A DNA stretch of 64,000 nt, taken from the IMG/VR virus record IMGVR_UViG_3300044840_000026, positions 5,113-69,112 of that record, one strand, 5' to 3'. This document shows positions 53,993-62,746 of the stretch, one piece after another. The DNA is from a virus (lineage: Duplodnaviria; Caudoviricetes). The notes beneath the pieces were generated by a model, which worked only from the letters and a program-made list of their open reading frames with translations, was not told the DNA's origin and did not search any database. Numbering within the stretch: the first letter of the stretch is position 1; the number at the start of each line of letters is the position of its first letter. The position numbers and the translations under genes were made by a program.

Positions 53993-54259
53993 ATGAAAAT
54001 GCTGCAATTCCTCAAGACATTCGTAAGTGAACTCGCTGCGGCCAACCCGGCGCGTCTTATCGGCACAGTCATCAGCGTCATCTCTGGCGTGTCCGCTTTC
54101 ATCGTGACTCTGCAGCCGGCGCTTTCAAAAGTCAACGGTTGGGGACAGGCTGTGATCGTCATTGCCGCCGCGGTGATTCCGTTCATTCAAGCGCGCTACA
54201 CAACCAAGCTGGTTTCGTTCTCCGTAAAAAAGCGATCCAACGCTAAAGGCGTCAACTAG
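53993..54259 (+). CDS. Holin candidate
   Basis: 88 aa, two TM segments, basic C-tail KKRSNAK; last gene of the lysis cassette. Confidence 0.7.
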   Translation: MKMLQFLKTFVSELAAANPARLIGTVISVISGVSAFIVTLQPALSKVNGWGQAVIVIAAAVIPFIQARYTTKLVSFSVKKRSNAKGVN

Positions 54260-54518
54260 AGCTAAGGCACCGCTCGTAAAAGCTGCGTTCGGAGTCAATC
54301 TCGCCAGGCGTCCATTCCTCGCCAGCCTCTTGGAGACGACGGCATATCTCGTCACTCAGAAGCGAACTGTCGAATCCAATATGGACATCAAGACAGATCC
54401 GCTCCCAAAGCGTCATGACTAGTAGCGCCGCCGTGGGCGCATTGCCCCGAACTTCATAACTCTGAATCTACTTCGTTGCTATCGGCGCATTGCTCGATTT
54501 CTTCGGTCATTTTGGGTA

Positions 54519-54650
54519 TCAATTCTGCTGGTTTCGCAATATGCCACCAGTCCCTACTGTGTGAATCCAAAAGTTGTGGTGCCAGTGAATGTGCAGACCA
54601 CAAACCTCGCAGAGTCGGCCCCACTTGCTCAGCCTCGGTGGCCAAGTCAT
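54519..54650 (-). CDS. Small hypothetical protein (43 aa)
   Basis: TAATG overlap; MTWPPRLSKWGRLCEVCGLH... Confidence 0.4.
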   Translation of the reverse strand: MTWPPRLSKWGRLCEVCGLHIHWHHNFWIHTVGTGGILRNQQN

Positions 54651-55117
54651 TACCGGGTTGCGCCTTCGCCTAGCTCAGTGCGGATGCGTGGCCAGAACGC
54701 CATCATGACTTCCATCCAGTCTTGATGTGCTTTCTTGAAGGTTTCCTTGCATGCCTGGTAATCCCCGAACTTCGTCGCGTCAATCAACGCACTCTCAGCC
54801 TTGAGGGCTTCTAGCGCCGCTATGCGCTCTCGCCAAGTCTCGTCTGCATGTTGCAAGATCCTCTCTATCGGGATTTCGCCGCCAGGAGAACCCGTGTCAG
54901 GATTCGTCTGCCGCGCCAGGTTTACGACCGTCTCGTTGGCTAGATGTCGTTTGTCCACATGAATACCCCAAGCTGTTCGGCGCCAGCCAACGCGTAGGTG
55001 AGCGCCCCTCGTCTCTTTGCTCCGCCAGCCTTGGACTTTCGGGTAACGCCAATACGGGTCGGATGTTTCACGGCTAATCGACATGCTCCACCAATAGAGG
55101 CCTTCGCGGTGCTTCAT
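54650..55117 (-). CDS. Hypothetical protein
   Basis: Leftward early operon coupling. Confidence 0.6.
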   Translation of the reverse strand: MKHREGLYWWSMSISRETSDPYWRYPKVQGWRSKETRGAHLRVGWRRTAWGIHVDKRHLANETVVNLARQTNPDTGSPGGEIPIERILQHADETWRERIAALEALKAESALIDATKFGDYQACKETFKKAHQDWMEVMMAFWPRIRTELGEGATR

Positions 55118-55446
55118 TGTTTCCGCCTTGGGTCTGACTCACCACGGAGCATCGCTGGAACTACCTCTTGATAGGGACACGGGCTCCCAAAGTGAAAACC
55201 TTCATGCGTTATGTAATGCGTGTCGAAAGCTGGATTCAACCAGTCGCACAATTGTTCAATTCGTGTGATCACATCCACGTCAAACAGAACGGCCAGTTTT
55301 ACGTTTTCAGTCCCGCACATTTCTTCGGCTGCTGGTAATTCGGCGATCGCATTCTCGTGACTGGTATGGACTTCCGCGTCCCAATCGTCCTTCCAGGCGC
55401 CGTCGCGGTTGCTCGTAAGGACCATCCAACCAATGGGACCACTCAT
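55114..55446 (-). CDS. Hypothetical protein
   Basis: Start at 55446 by ATGA overlap. Confidence 0.55.
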   Translation of the reverse strand: MSGPIGWMVLTSNRDGAWKDDWDAEVHTSHENAIAELPAAEEMCGTENVKLAVLFDVDVITRIEQLCDWLNPAFDTHYITHEGFHFGSPCPYQEVVPAMLRGESDPRRKQ

Positions 55447-55940
55447 GACTGCTGCTTTTGGTCTGACACCGCTTGGGCCTTTGCTTTGTTCCACAGCACA
55501 ATCGACTCATCGTCAACAGCATCAACTTCGTTGAGATCGTCGCCCACGTCTTCGATGAGCTGAACCCAATCACCCTTGGCTGCGTTCTGCATGACGTGAT
55601 CCATCCACTGAATCGAACGGTTGACTGCCTCTGCATGCATTCGAGCGCAAGAATCTCGCTCAGCGATTAGGCGGTCTACCTCTTCTAAGAGCTTCTCTAC
55701 GTCTACGCGCGAGTGTGCAATGAACTCGGCGTCCGCTGCTTCCATCTCGACATCCGTTGAGCATGACGTTGACCAACTGCCTTCACGGTGTTCGATGTAA
55801 ATCACGTCGTCAGTGCTCGTGGAGTGCTCCCAGCGTGACCCGCCGATCAGCGTCTTTGGTTGGCGGTCCTCCCAGTACCATGGGCCAGGCGTTGCCTTTG
55901 TTAGTCGTTCTTGTATTTGTGAAAGCTCAGCCGCGTTCAC
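55443..55940 (-). CDS. Ead/Ea22-like protein
   Basis: KATPGPW...DAEFIAHSR.DV..LL.EVDRL. Confidence 0.7.
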   Translation of the reverse strand: MNAAELSQIQERLTKATPGPWYWEDRQPKTLIGGSRWEHSTSTDDVIYIEHREGSWSTSCSTDVEMEAADAEFIAHSRVDVEKLLEEVDRLIAERDSCARMHAEAVNRSIQWMDHVMQNAAKGDWVQLIEDVGDDLNEVDAVDDESIVLWNKAKAQAVSDQKQQS

Positions 55941-56499
55941 AGCGCGCCTTCAAGTTCTCGTCAAGATGCTCAACGCAGTGAGAGCATGGGGCCGCTTTAT
56001 GACAGCTGCATCCGTCACATTCTTCGTCGTTTTGTGAGCCGAGCCGCTCATGCATCGCCTCGACGTTGGCCTTGGCTTGTTCTTGCGTCTGGTTGCCCAG
56101 GGTATCGGGGTGGACTGGAATGTCGTTCTCAACCGCCCATTGCCAGAGCCACTCGCCATAGCTGTCACCCGCGTCGGCTGCTGACCAAATGTCGTACGCG
56201 ACCGCATTGGCCTTGACGGTATCGACCGCGACCAAAGCCTTCAACGCTACGACTGTCTGGTACCAGCCCTGCATCGCAGTTAGTTGGGCAAAGTGCAGAG
56301 CTTTGGATTCTTTAGTCGCGTCGTCACCGAACATGTCGTCCGCGTCCATCGCTTCAAGACGAGCCAGAGCAATGCCGATGCTCACTTTGATCATTGCATC
56401 TGCGGTGGCATCTTCGGGTCGAGATGGCCAGTGACCGTTAGTATGACGGTTCAGCCGCACGATGTACTCGACATCAGATACGGGTTGAGTTGTGCTCAT
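55927..56499 (-). CDS. Hypothetical protein with C-terminal Cys cluster
   Basis: CDGCSCHKAAPCSHC; operon coupling. Confidence 0.6.
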   Translation of the reverse strand: MSTTQPVSDVEYIVRLNRHTNGHWPSRPEDATADAMIKVSIGIALARLEAMDADDMFGDDATKESKALHFAQLTAMQGWYQTVVALKALVAVDTVKANAVAYDIWSAADAGDSYGEWLWQWAVENDIPVHPDTLGNQTQEQAKANVEAMHERLGSQNDEECDGCSCHKAAPCSHCVEHLDENLKARCERG

Positions 56500-56738
56500 A
56501 TCGTCCCCGGCATGTCGCCAGGTTGCACAAGATGCAGTCCGGTAGACGCCTCAATTAGCGAGGAGCCAACGCTCCGTGCAAGTTCCGTGGGCATACTCAC
56601 TATCGTCATACCCGTGGTGTGTTCGATGCGCAACACGATAATTTTGGAACCGTCTTCAACGGCCATCTGTTGCACCATAAAACCGACCGGGCCAGGCTGA
56701 GCTAAATGGCCCGGTCCTGGGATGTCTTGACTGCTCAT
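56496..56738 (-). CDS. Hypothetical protein
   Basis: Start at 56738 by ATGA overlap. Confidence 0.6.
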   Translation of the reverse strand: MSSQDIPGPGHLAQPGPVGFMVQQMAVEDGSKIIVLRIEHTTGMTIVSMPTELARSVGSSLIEASTGLHLVQPGDMPGTI

Positions 56739-56953
56739 TTGTTCCCCTTGAGTCTCTCGTAGGCCTGCAGCATCGCCACTACATCCCCCTGCATCGTTGC
56801 TTTGTGAGCAGATGCGAGGTCTTCTTTGATCATTGCCACACCAAACCAACCAGATTGTGGCGGGAGTGACGCGTACATGGTTAACAGTTCTTCATTACGG
56901 ACAATCTCTTGTGGCAATAACTCGCCGAGCGATTGCGTTTCGGATATAGCCAT
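56735..56953 (-). CDS. Hypothetical protein
   Basis: AACAGAGAGG motif upstream. Confidence 0.65.
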   Translation of the reverse strand: MAISETQSLGELLPQEIVRNEELLTMYASLPPQSGWFGVAMIKEDLASAHKATMQGDVVAMLQAYERLKGNK

Positions 56954-57294
56954 TATAAAATCCTCTCTGTTTTAGGCAACGCTTGAATGGTGTACCCGTC
57001 GTTTTCGTCGGGGACGCATTGAATGCTAAGAACTCCGTCGAAGTCCATGACGTGGATTCGTGAAACCTTCACTGGGCCAGTCAGAGACAGCACGAGTTCA
57101 AAGGCGTTTGTGATGGCGTCTAGAGAACGTCGTATTTCTGCGAGTTCAGCTTCATGATCCATCTGAAAACACAGCGCGGCGACTACTGCTTGGTTCAGCA
57201 CGTGGTCAGCCACTGCTAACTGTCTGTCGTCAGTAGCGTCGAGGAACTGCTGTCGCCACGCTGCGGCAGTGAGCGCAATCGTTTCGTCGACCAT
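56953..57294 (-). CDS. Hypothetical protein
   Basis: AACAGAGAGG motif fixes the start at 57294. Confidence 0.6.
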   Translation of the reverse strand: MVDETIALTAAAWRQQFLDATDDRQLAVADHVLNQAVVAALCFQMDHEAELAEIRRSLDAITNAFELVLSLTGPVKVSRIHVMDFDGVLSIQCVPDENDGYTIQALPKTERIL

Positions 57295-57295
57295 T

Positions 57296-58207
57296 TCAAA
57301 GTCCTCTCTGTTGTAGATCTTCGTACGCTTCTTTGCGTTTTGCATCGCTGATCTTGGTGTAGCCAGCAATCGATCCCAAACCGCGATGACCAAGTGTCTC
57401 AGCGGTCAATCGCGCGTCGCCCATCGATTCTTGGAGCAATGTGCCGAGGGTGTGACGTAAGCGATGTGGGTGGAAAGGCGGGATGCCAACCCTCATCGAG
57501 AACTGTCGACAAATGTAGTTCGCACCTTGGATTGAGAGTCGGCGAATCTTGTTGTTCTGAGCTGTCGAGAGACCAATGAACAGAGCAGGGGAGTCGTCAG
57601 TCCGATTCTCCAAGTAGTCCTTCATGGCTGCTCGCGCTCGCATCGTGACCTCGACAATCCGTTCTTTGTCGCCTTTACCGATGATCCGTTGACGCTTGGG
57701 TATGTAACGCTCTATGTCGAGGTTTAAGGCTTCCGAGATACGAGCGCCAGTAGACAGCAGAAACAGGACCAGCGCCTTGTCTCGGCGGTCCTTAGCCGTC
57801 TCTCCGGGCTCTTCAAGGTAGGCGAGCACGGCTATGCGAACGTCGTCATCAAGAGGCTTAGGCAGGCGTTCGGGGATCTTAGGTATGTCGATCAGCACGC
57901 CGAGGTCACCCGGTGTCCATTCCTCGCGGGCGGCGAATTTGAGGAACGACCGTAAGGCGATCAGCCGGCGCGCTCGAGTCGCCATCGCCAGAGGTCGGCG
58001 GTTGCCTTTGGGGCCTGTATGAAGTCGCGCTAGATGGCGCTGGTAATCGCGGAGCACCTCTCTGTTGATGTCTTTGACATTCGTGACAGCGGAAAATTCA
58101 ACGAAACGGGAGAGGTCAAAGTCGTATCCTTTAACTGTTCCCTGCGCCGCATGCTTGTCGAGCTCTAGCCATGAGAGGTACTCGTCGATTGCCTGGTTGA
58201 GTTTCAT
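57296..58207 (-). CDS. XerC/D-like tyrosine recombinase (integrase candidate)
   Basis: TGARISE (R), GKGDKER (K), HRLRH, LGH, AGY (Y); SAM-like N-domain. Confidence 0.92.
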   Translation of the reverse strand: MKLNQAIDEYLSWLELDKHAAQGTVKGYDFDLSRFVEFSAVTNVKDINREVLRDYQRHLARLHTGPKGNRRPLAMATRARRLIALRSFLKFAAREEWTPGDLGVLIDIPKIPERLPKPLDDDVRIAVLAYLEEPGETAKDRRDKALVLFLLSTGARISEALNLDIERYIPKRQRIIGKGDKERIVEVTMRARAAMKDYLENRTDDSPALFIGLSTAQNNKIRRLSIQGANYICRQFSMRVGIPPFHPHRLRHTLGTLLQESMGDARLTAETLGHRGLGSIAGYTKISDAKRKEAYEDLQQRGL

Positions 58208-58806
58208 TCAAGCTCGCCAAGAGGGAGGGCCAATTTGACGTGACCGACTAGTCCACCATTACGTCGAGCAATACGGCCGAGCTTTTGTCTCGTCTCGGGA
58301 TTGTCTCCGCCATCAAACCGCTCGATGCCTCGCATTGGTGCCGCAGAGGGATCTACGAACTGTAAAACAGGCTCGCAGTGATCAAAGCGAACGACGTGGA
58401 AATCACTTCGGAACGCCGGACATACGGAAGCTGAGAAGTCGAGGCAGGGCTCACATGTGGGGGGTGCATATGAACAAGCAAAGACGCGGCCGTGCATCTC
58501 GACTTGGTGCAATGCCATTGTCGTTACCCGAAGTTCGCTGCGCTCCATCTGTTGATCGCATGTCGAGCAGTGAGACAACATGACTGAACGTCGTTGCCGC
58601 TCTTCGTTGATTGACGCAAGCAGCGGCGTCCCTGACCGTTGACGACCTTCGCTATATAGCGCCCAGCGTTTGCCGACAAGTGGGTCCATGCGCGCAATGC
58701 CCCAGCGTTCAGAAGACCATGAAGCGACATGGGGAACGGGCACTCCGGCGTTGGTCAGTGGTAGGTGAGCCAGATGATCAGGGATCGTGAGTCTCATTCG
58801 CCCCAC
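58204..58806 (-). CDS. Conserved Cys-rich phage protein
   Basis: PVPHVASWSSE...RQRR...CSTC...CEPC...VCP. Confidence 0.65.
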   Translation of the reverse strand: MGRMRLTIPDHLAHLPLTNAGVPVPHVASWSSERWGIARMDPLVGKRWALYSEGRQRSGTPLLASINEERQRRSVMLSHCSTCDQQMERSELRVTTMALHQVEMHGRVFACSYAPPTCEPCLDFSASVCPAFRSDFHVVRFDHCEPVLQFVDPSAAPMRGIERFDGGDNPETRQKLGRIARRNGGLVGHVKLALPLGELE

Positions 58807-59240
58807 ACAACCACTGCCGCGGTGATCATGGCTTTGATGTGATCATCTTGCTCAAGTTCGGACTTCTCGTCATCTGTTGGCTTACGAATGCCGTGCTCGG
58901 TGAAAAATCCAATTCGTTTGCAGTAAGCACAAATACTCACGTCACCCGGTGTGGGTGTGTTGGTGTGGTCTGACGATGAATATCCATCGTTGGGAGATCC
59001 GCAGTAAGGGCAATTAGTTGTGAAAATGGGAGAGAGCGATCGAGCTTGTTCGACGTGACTCCTGCGTGTGTCGTATTGAGCAATAGGCTTTTGTGTCTTG
59101 CGCGCCTGCTCAACGGCGTATGCGTAATACTCGCAAGTTTCAGAGCAGGGAACCATGACAAAAGCATTCGTTTTGATGTGGTTGCCAATCACACAGCCAC
59201 AGGGCAACCGTTCGGCGTCCTTAATTTCAGAACTATTCAT
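58794..59240 (-). CDS. Hypothetical Zn-binding protein
   Basis: LPCGC, CPYCG, ICAYC. Confidence 0.6.
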   Translation of the reverse strand: MNSSEIKDAERLPCGCVIGNHIKTNAFVMVPCSETCEYYAYAVEQARKTQKPIAQYDTRRSHVEQARSLSPIFTTNCPYCGSPNDGYSSSDHTNTPTPGDVSICAYCKRIGFFTEHGIRKPTDDEKSELEQDDHIKAMITAAVVVWGE

Positions 59241-59455
59241 GACGGCCTTACGACTTCCATCTTCATCGCGTCTGTGGTGACGAAGGTAGTGATTGAGTCG
59301 CCGAAGGCTTTCTGCGTGATCTCCTGTAAATCTTGGAGTCCGAAGAAGCCGTCATCGAAATCATCGCTAACTGTGAACACGACAACATCGCCAGGGCGTG
59401 GGCGGTACACCTGGACTGACTGAATTTTATTGAAGTTGATTTTACGGCGCTTCAC
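59237..59455 (-). CDS. Hypothetical protein
   Basis: GTG start overlapping the previous gene; RPRPGDVVVFTV. Confidence 0.55.
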   Translation of the reverse strand: MKRRKINFNKIQSVQVYRPRPGDVVVFTVSDDFDDGFFGLQDLQEITQKAFGDSITTFVTTDAMKMEVVRPS

Positions 59456-59744
59456 GAGGCCCCTTAATGACAGGAACGCCATCGCGGTCCATAAGTCGAT
59501 AGCTTGCTGATTCTTTGAATGGCTTGCGATACAGGGCGAGCATGCTGCGAATGCGTGAGCACGTGCAGGGAGCCACGGTGAAAGCACCCGCGACATTCTT
59601 TCGCTTCACAGAGCGTTTGTTAATCCGAACGAAATTGGCATAGTGGCATTCGGAACGGTGGACGTGTACGCCCCAGTGCCAGTTCATCCATGTCACTGCC
59701 GAACGCCATTTGGCACCGTCAACAGTTCGTAGAGGGCGTTTCAT
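59442..59744 (-). CDS. Hypothetical protein
   Basis: ATGA coupling. Confidence 0.5.
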   Translation of the reverse strand: MKRPLRTVDGAKWRSAVTWMNWHWGVHVHRSECHYANFVRINKRSVKRKNVAGAFTVAPCTCSRIRSMLALYRKPFKESASYRLMDRDGVPVIKGPREAP

Positions 59745-59953
59745 CGGGCACTCCCCATGTCTGCCGTTTGCAGTTCTTGGATTCGTATTTCAAGCGCTGT
59801 TATGTGCCGGACTAGGTAGGTCTCCCGAATGATGGGGTTCTGGCCACCGGACTTTATGTACGCCTCGTATTCATCCCAGGCGCTCATCGGCTCTTTGAAC
59901 TTTGCCATTTTTACTTTCTCGCTTTGCGTTTCGGGGGAACGGGGATAGGCCAC
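59741..59953 (-). CDS. Hypothetical protein
   Basis: Operon coupling. Confidence 0.5.
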   Translation of the reverse strand: MAYPRSPETQSEKVKMAKFKEPMSAWDEYEAYIKSGGQNPIIRETYLVRHITALEIRIQELQTADMGSAR

Positions 59954-60045
59954 ACTGCGCGTCTTACGACGTGTCGCGTGAGCCGTCCGCGCTTAGCAGC
60001 TCGTACCGTTTTGTAAATGCGACGCGTTCTCAGAATGCCGAACAT

Positions 60046-60222
60046 TCACTCATCCTTGGATTTGCAGTCATGTAGCGGAGGGTTGCCCCAGCGCAGTTCG
60101 TCGTCACGGAACCAAACGATCGACTCGCAGCCGGAACACTTGAAGCTGGACATGTAAATGTCCCTGCCAGGCCGACGACGAACCTGTCTTTTGCTCTCTG
60201 GTAACAGCTCCCACTTATTCAT
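60046..60222 (-). CDS. Small Cys-containing hypothetical protein
   Basis: FKCSGC...HDC. Confidence 0.45.
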   Translation of the reverse strand: MNKWELLPESKRQVRRRPGRDIYMSSFKCSGCESIVWFRDDELRWGNPPLHDCKSKDE

Positions 60223-60245
60223 GGTCGTCTCTTGAGTAATCCGAA

Positions 60246-60309
60246 CCACTTGGCGCAGGACTGCTTAGACAGTCTTGGGGGCCGACTGGCCGAGGACAGC
60301 GCCAAGTGG
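60246..60309. terminator. Extended hairpin (terminator or RNA-processing site)
   Basis: CCACTTGGCGC / GCGCCAAGTGG outer stem with inner GTCTTGG / CCGAGGAC stem. Confidence 0.6.
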
Positions 60310-60319
60310 ACCGCATCAC

Positions 60320-60463
60320 TCAGGATTGGTTGCCGTTGAGCCATGCCACACGTTCGGCGGCTTCGCCTTTGGATTCATGGTCGGTGTCAGTGTGCCACTC
60401 ACCGTCAGGGGCGTAGTAGCCGACCGTCCAAAGTTCTGACTCTGTTTGCTTATAGACCCACAT
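60320..60463 (-). CDS. Small conserved phage protein (47 aa)
   Basis: MWVYKQTESELWTVGYYAPDGEWHTDTDHESKGEAAERVAWLNG; AACAGAGAGG motif upstream. Confidence 0.7.
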   Translation of the reverse strand: MWVYKQTESELWTVGYYAPDGEWHTDTDHESKGEAAERVAWLNGNQS

Positions 60464-60492
60464 TTCACAGTTCCTCTCTGTTGGGGGATACC

Positions 60493-60870
60493 CTAGCACG
60501 TCACTGGTTTAAATTGTCGTTTTCTATTCTCCGAGCAGACCGCTTCTTGTGACGACCTGATTATCGCTTGGTGTTCAGCAAAGGTGACATCTATGCCGTC
60601 AAAAGCATCGGGTAACACGCATACGTTTTCTTGCCATAGATAAATCGCGTTCGGACCGTCGCAGGTTGCGTCGTCGTAAACATGAACCGCAAAGAAGACG
60701 TAGATCTTTTTGACATGCGCTAGGTGGCGATCACAAAGCAACTGATTGTCAAGGTCCGAAGAGTAGAAAACATGTTGAGCGGCAGGCTCGGCACAATAGT
60801 TTTCAGGAGTTCCCCAACTACAGATTCCGTCAGGAGCGGGACCGCCAGTCTTTGGGGGCCTTAGGTTCAC
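60493..60870 (-). CDS. Hypothetical Cys/His protein
   Basis: GTGA overlap; C...C...H...CDRH. Confidence 0.55.
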   Translation of the reverse strand: MNLRPPKTGGPAPDGICSWGTPENYCAEPAAQHVFYSSDLDNQLLCDRHLAHVKKIYVFFAVHVYDDATCDGPNAIYLWQENVCVLPDAFDGIDVTFAEHQAIIRSSQEAVCSENRKRQFKPVTC

Positions 60871-61361
60871 TTGCCCACTCGCTCGTCATACCAGGCCATA
60901 TATTGCGCTGCCGTCTTGTCGTTGACGGAGACCTTTCGGGCTACAGCTTTGGCGACGGCGAGTGCTTCATCGCTGGTAGCAAACCGGAATGGTTTCCTGT
61001 TCCGAGGTCTCCAAGTGCCTCGTGGAGTCTTCCCTTTAGCGCTTGTGCGAGAGAACTCATATTCCATGTGAGCGACTGCCCACCCAGTGCCCCGCCATCT
61101 CACTACGATTGTCCAGATGTGGTGCTCGGGGTATGAAGCCGGAACGGCACTGACGGTGAACTCAGGGATTACCCGTATGCCCTCAGCCTTCGTCATCGCG
61201 TTCGCTCCTATGGCTTGTGTCTTCATCGTGCAGTGGACAGGGCATCTCCGGGCGTACTCGCACGCGCCCCCGCAATGCTCATGCGAACATGGTCCGTACA
61301 CGTCTCCTTGAATGCATAACAAGTCGTCGTCATGCGGACAGATGCAGGCTGCGTCACTCAT
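60867..61361 (-). CDS. Hypothetical protein
   Basis: Operon coupling. Confidence 0.55.
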   Translation of the reverse strand: MSDAACICPHDDDLLCIQGDVYGPCSHEHCGGACEYARRCPVHCTMKTQAIGANAMTKAEGIRVIPEFTVSAVPASYPEHHIWTIVVRWRGTGWAVAHMEYEFSRTSAKGKTPRGTWRPRNRKPFRFATSDEALAVAKAVARKVSVNDKTAAQYMAWYDERVGK

Positions 61362-61578
61362 GTGGAGGATCTCTCTTGCCCCACATGCCGCAGGGTTGGC
61401 CGCCCGTATCCGCTCCTAAGCATGCAGGGCAAGCACGCTCGAAACCTTGGTAACCGTCGTTGTATCCCTGCTCGTAGTCCGAACTACTGCCGCTTGGTTC
61501 CCAGGTCGAGTCGTGACTTTCACGGCTGTCGTCGACGCCTTTGCGGTAGCCAGCTCGATAACTTCGATCTTGGGTCAC
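61354..61578 (-). CDS. Hypothetical protein
   Basis: SYRAGYRKG...YEQGYNDGY repeats. Confidence 0.55.
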   Translation of the reverse strand: MTQDRSYRAGYRKGVDDSRESHDSTWEPSGSSSDYEQGYNDGYQGFERACPACLGADTGGQPCGMWGKRDPPHE

Positions 61579-62018
61579 TTCTCCCCCTGTGTCGTATCCA
61601 CCGTCGATTCGTCACTGTGACGAATGTCGCGTGTATCGGCCCACTCCCAAAGACCGAGCTTGCCGGTCGCTAGTTGGGGTGTATCAAAACAGATCGGGTT
61701 TGACAACACCCAGTGCCAATGATCGTCAAATGCCCACTTGGAATCGCTGTCGTTGACGCAATCAACAAGCTGCACCGTCCCGATGATGTGGCCGGCGGCG
61801 AAGTTACCCATCCAGGCGAGTGCTCCATTTGCGCTTTCTCCTACGGATAGGGATTCGGACCACTTATTAGTCTTGAACTGTTTTACCGTGATTGAGGCCT
61901 TGGCAACATGGATCGCGATACGGCCGCGGTAGTGGGTTCGCTGCTTCCTGTTTTCGACATCCTTTAGCCCTGTCATGATCAGGTGGGCATATGGTTGTTT
62001 CACGGTGAGAGCTTTCAT
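61575..62018 (-). CDS. ASCH-domain protein
   Basis: MKALTVKQPYAHLIMTGLKDVENR...YRGRIAIH...GKLGLW. Confidence 0.9.
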   Translation of the reverse strand: MKALTVKQPYAHLIMTGLKDVENRKQRTHYRGRIAIHVAKASITVKQFKTNKWSESLSVGESANGALAWMGNFAAGHIIGTVQLVDCVNDSDSKWAFDDHWHWVLSNPICFDTPQLATGKLGLWEWADTRDIRHSDESTVDTTQGEK

Positions 62019-62451
62019 GTGGTTTCTCCCCAAATGTGTCCGCGGTCAAGCGCCTCATCCACCATTGAGCGATCACTAGAAATGCACCATTGCCGCGCCT
62101 CACGCAATACTTGTTTCAGGATGAAACCGGAGGCCACAGTGGCTTTACGGTCACCAGTCCCACCTTCTAGCCGTACAACCCAGCGAGCCATTGTGAAGAC
62201 GGGGTGAGCGGTTATCGTTACCCATGCGCCATCTACATAGCCATTGAGACGTTCAGCCTCCCAAAGTAACCGTTCGGCTTTCACGGCTTCTCCCCTGGCT
62301 TCCACAATTCGTCTGCGTGATCGCCCAACTCTCGCTTTGTTCCATCGTGATACTCATCACACGCACCGCAGAACTTGAATCGAATGTCGTTCGGGTTGTA
62401 GCTAGTTCGTTCGCATTTGGGACAAGTGATATTCGGCTGGTCCGTGCTCAC
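62015..62451 (-). CDS. Hypothetical Zn-ribbon protein; probable 1-nt deletion at ~62305
   Basis: CPKCERTSYNPND..FKFCGAC; one added G joins ...HADEL to VEARGEAVKAERL. Confidence 0.5.
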
Positions 62452-62746
62452 GGGTTCTCCAATCTGAACACCAGTAATGTGCTGTAATTGCGCCTTGCGT
62501 GGACTTGCCTTACTCCTGCTGGTTGTGGCCGATAGCTGGAGATGTGCAACATATCGACTAGCCGACAACCGAGCGATTCAGCATGGTCAGCAATCATGCG
62601 GATTTGCCAGTGGACTTTGCCTGACTCTTCCAGTCCTTATCGAGGTACCCGAGACGCGCTACGTCCGCGATGAGTTCGGCGTTGTTTAGCCAGGCACCGT
62701 TTGCCATGACGGCAGTTGGTGTGTCTATCAAGGCAATCTCGCTCAT
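62448..62746 (-). pseudogene. Internally deleted methyltransferase-like gene
   Basis: N-terminus WLNNAELIADVARLGYLDKDW joined out of frame at ~62630 to SGKVHWQ...LVDMLH...RPQP...QVHARRNYSTLLVF; family assignment is from memory. Confidence 0.55.

Noticed and set aside
57296-58207. Host xerC/xerD or a nearby dif site
   Set aside because: Embedded in a coupled phage early operon; no dif-like 28-mer recognised, so no gene symbol assigned
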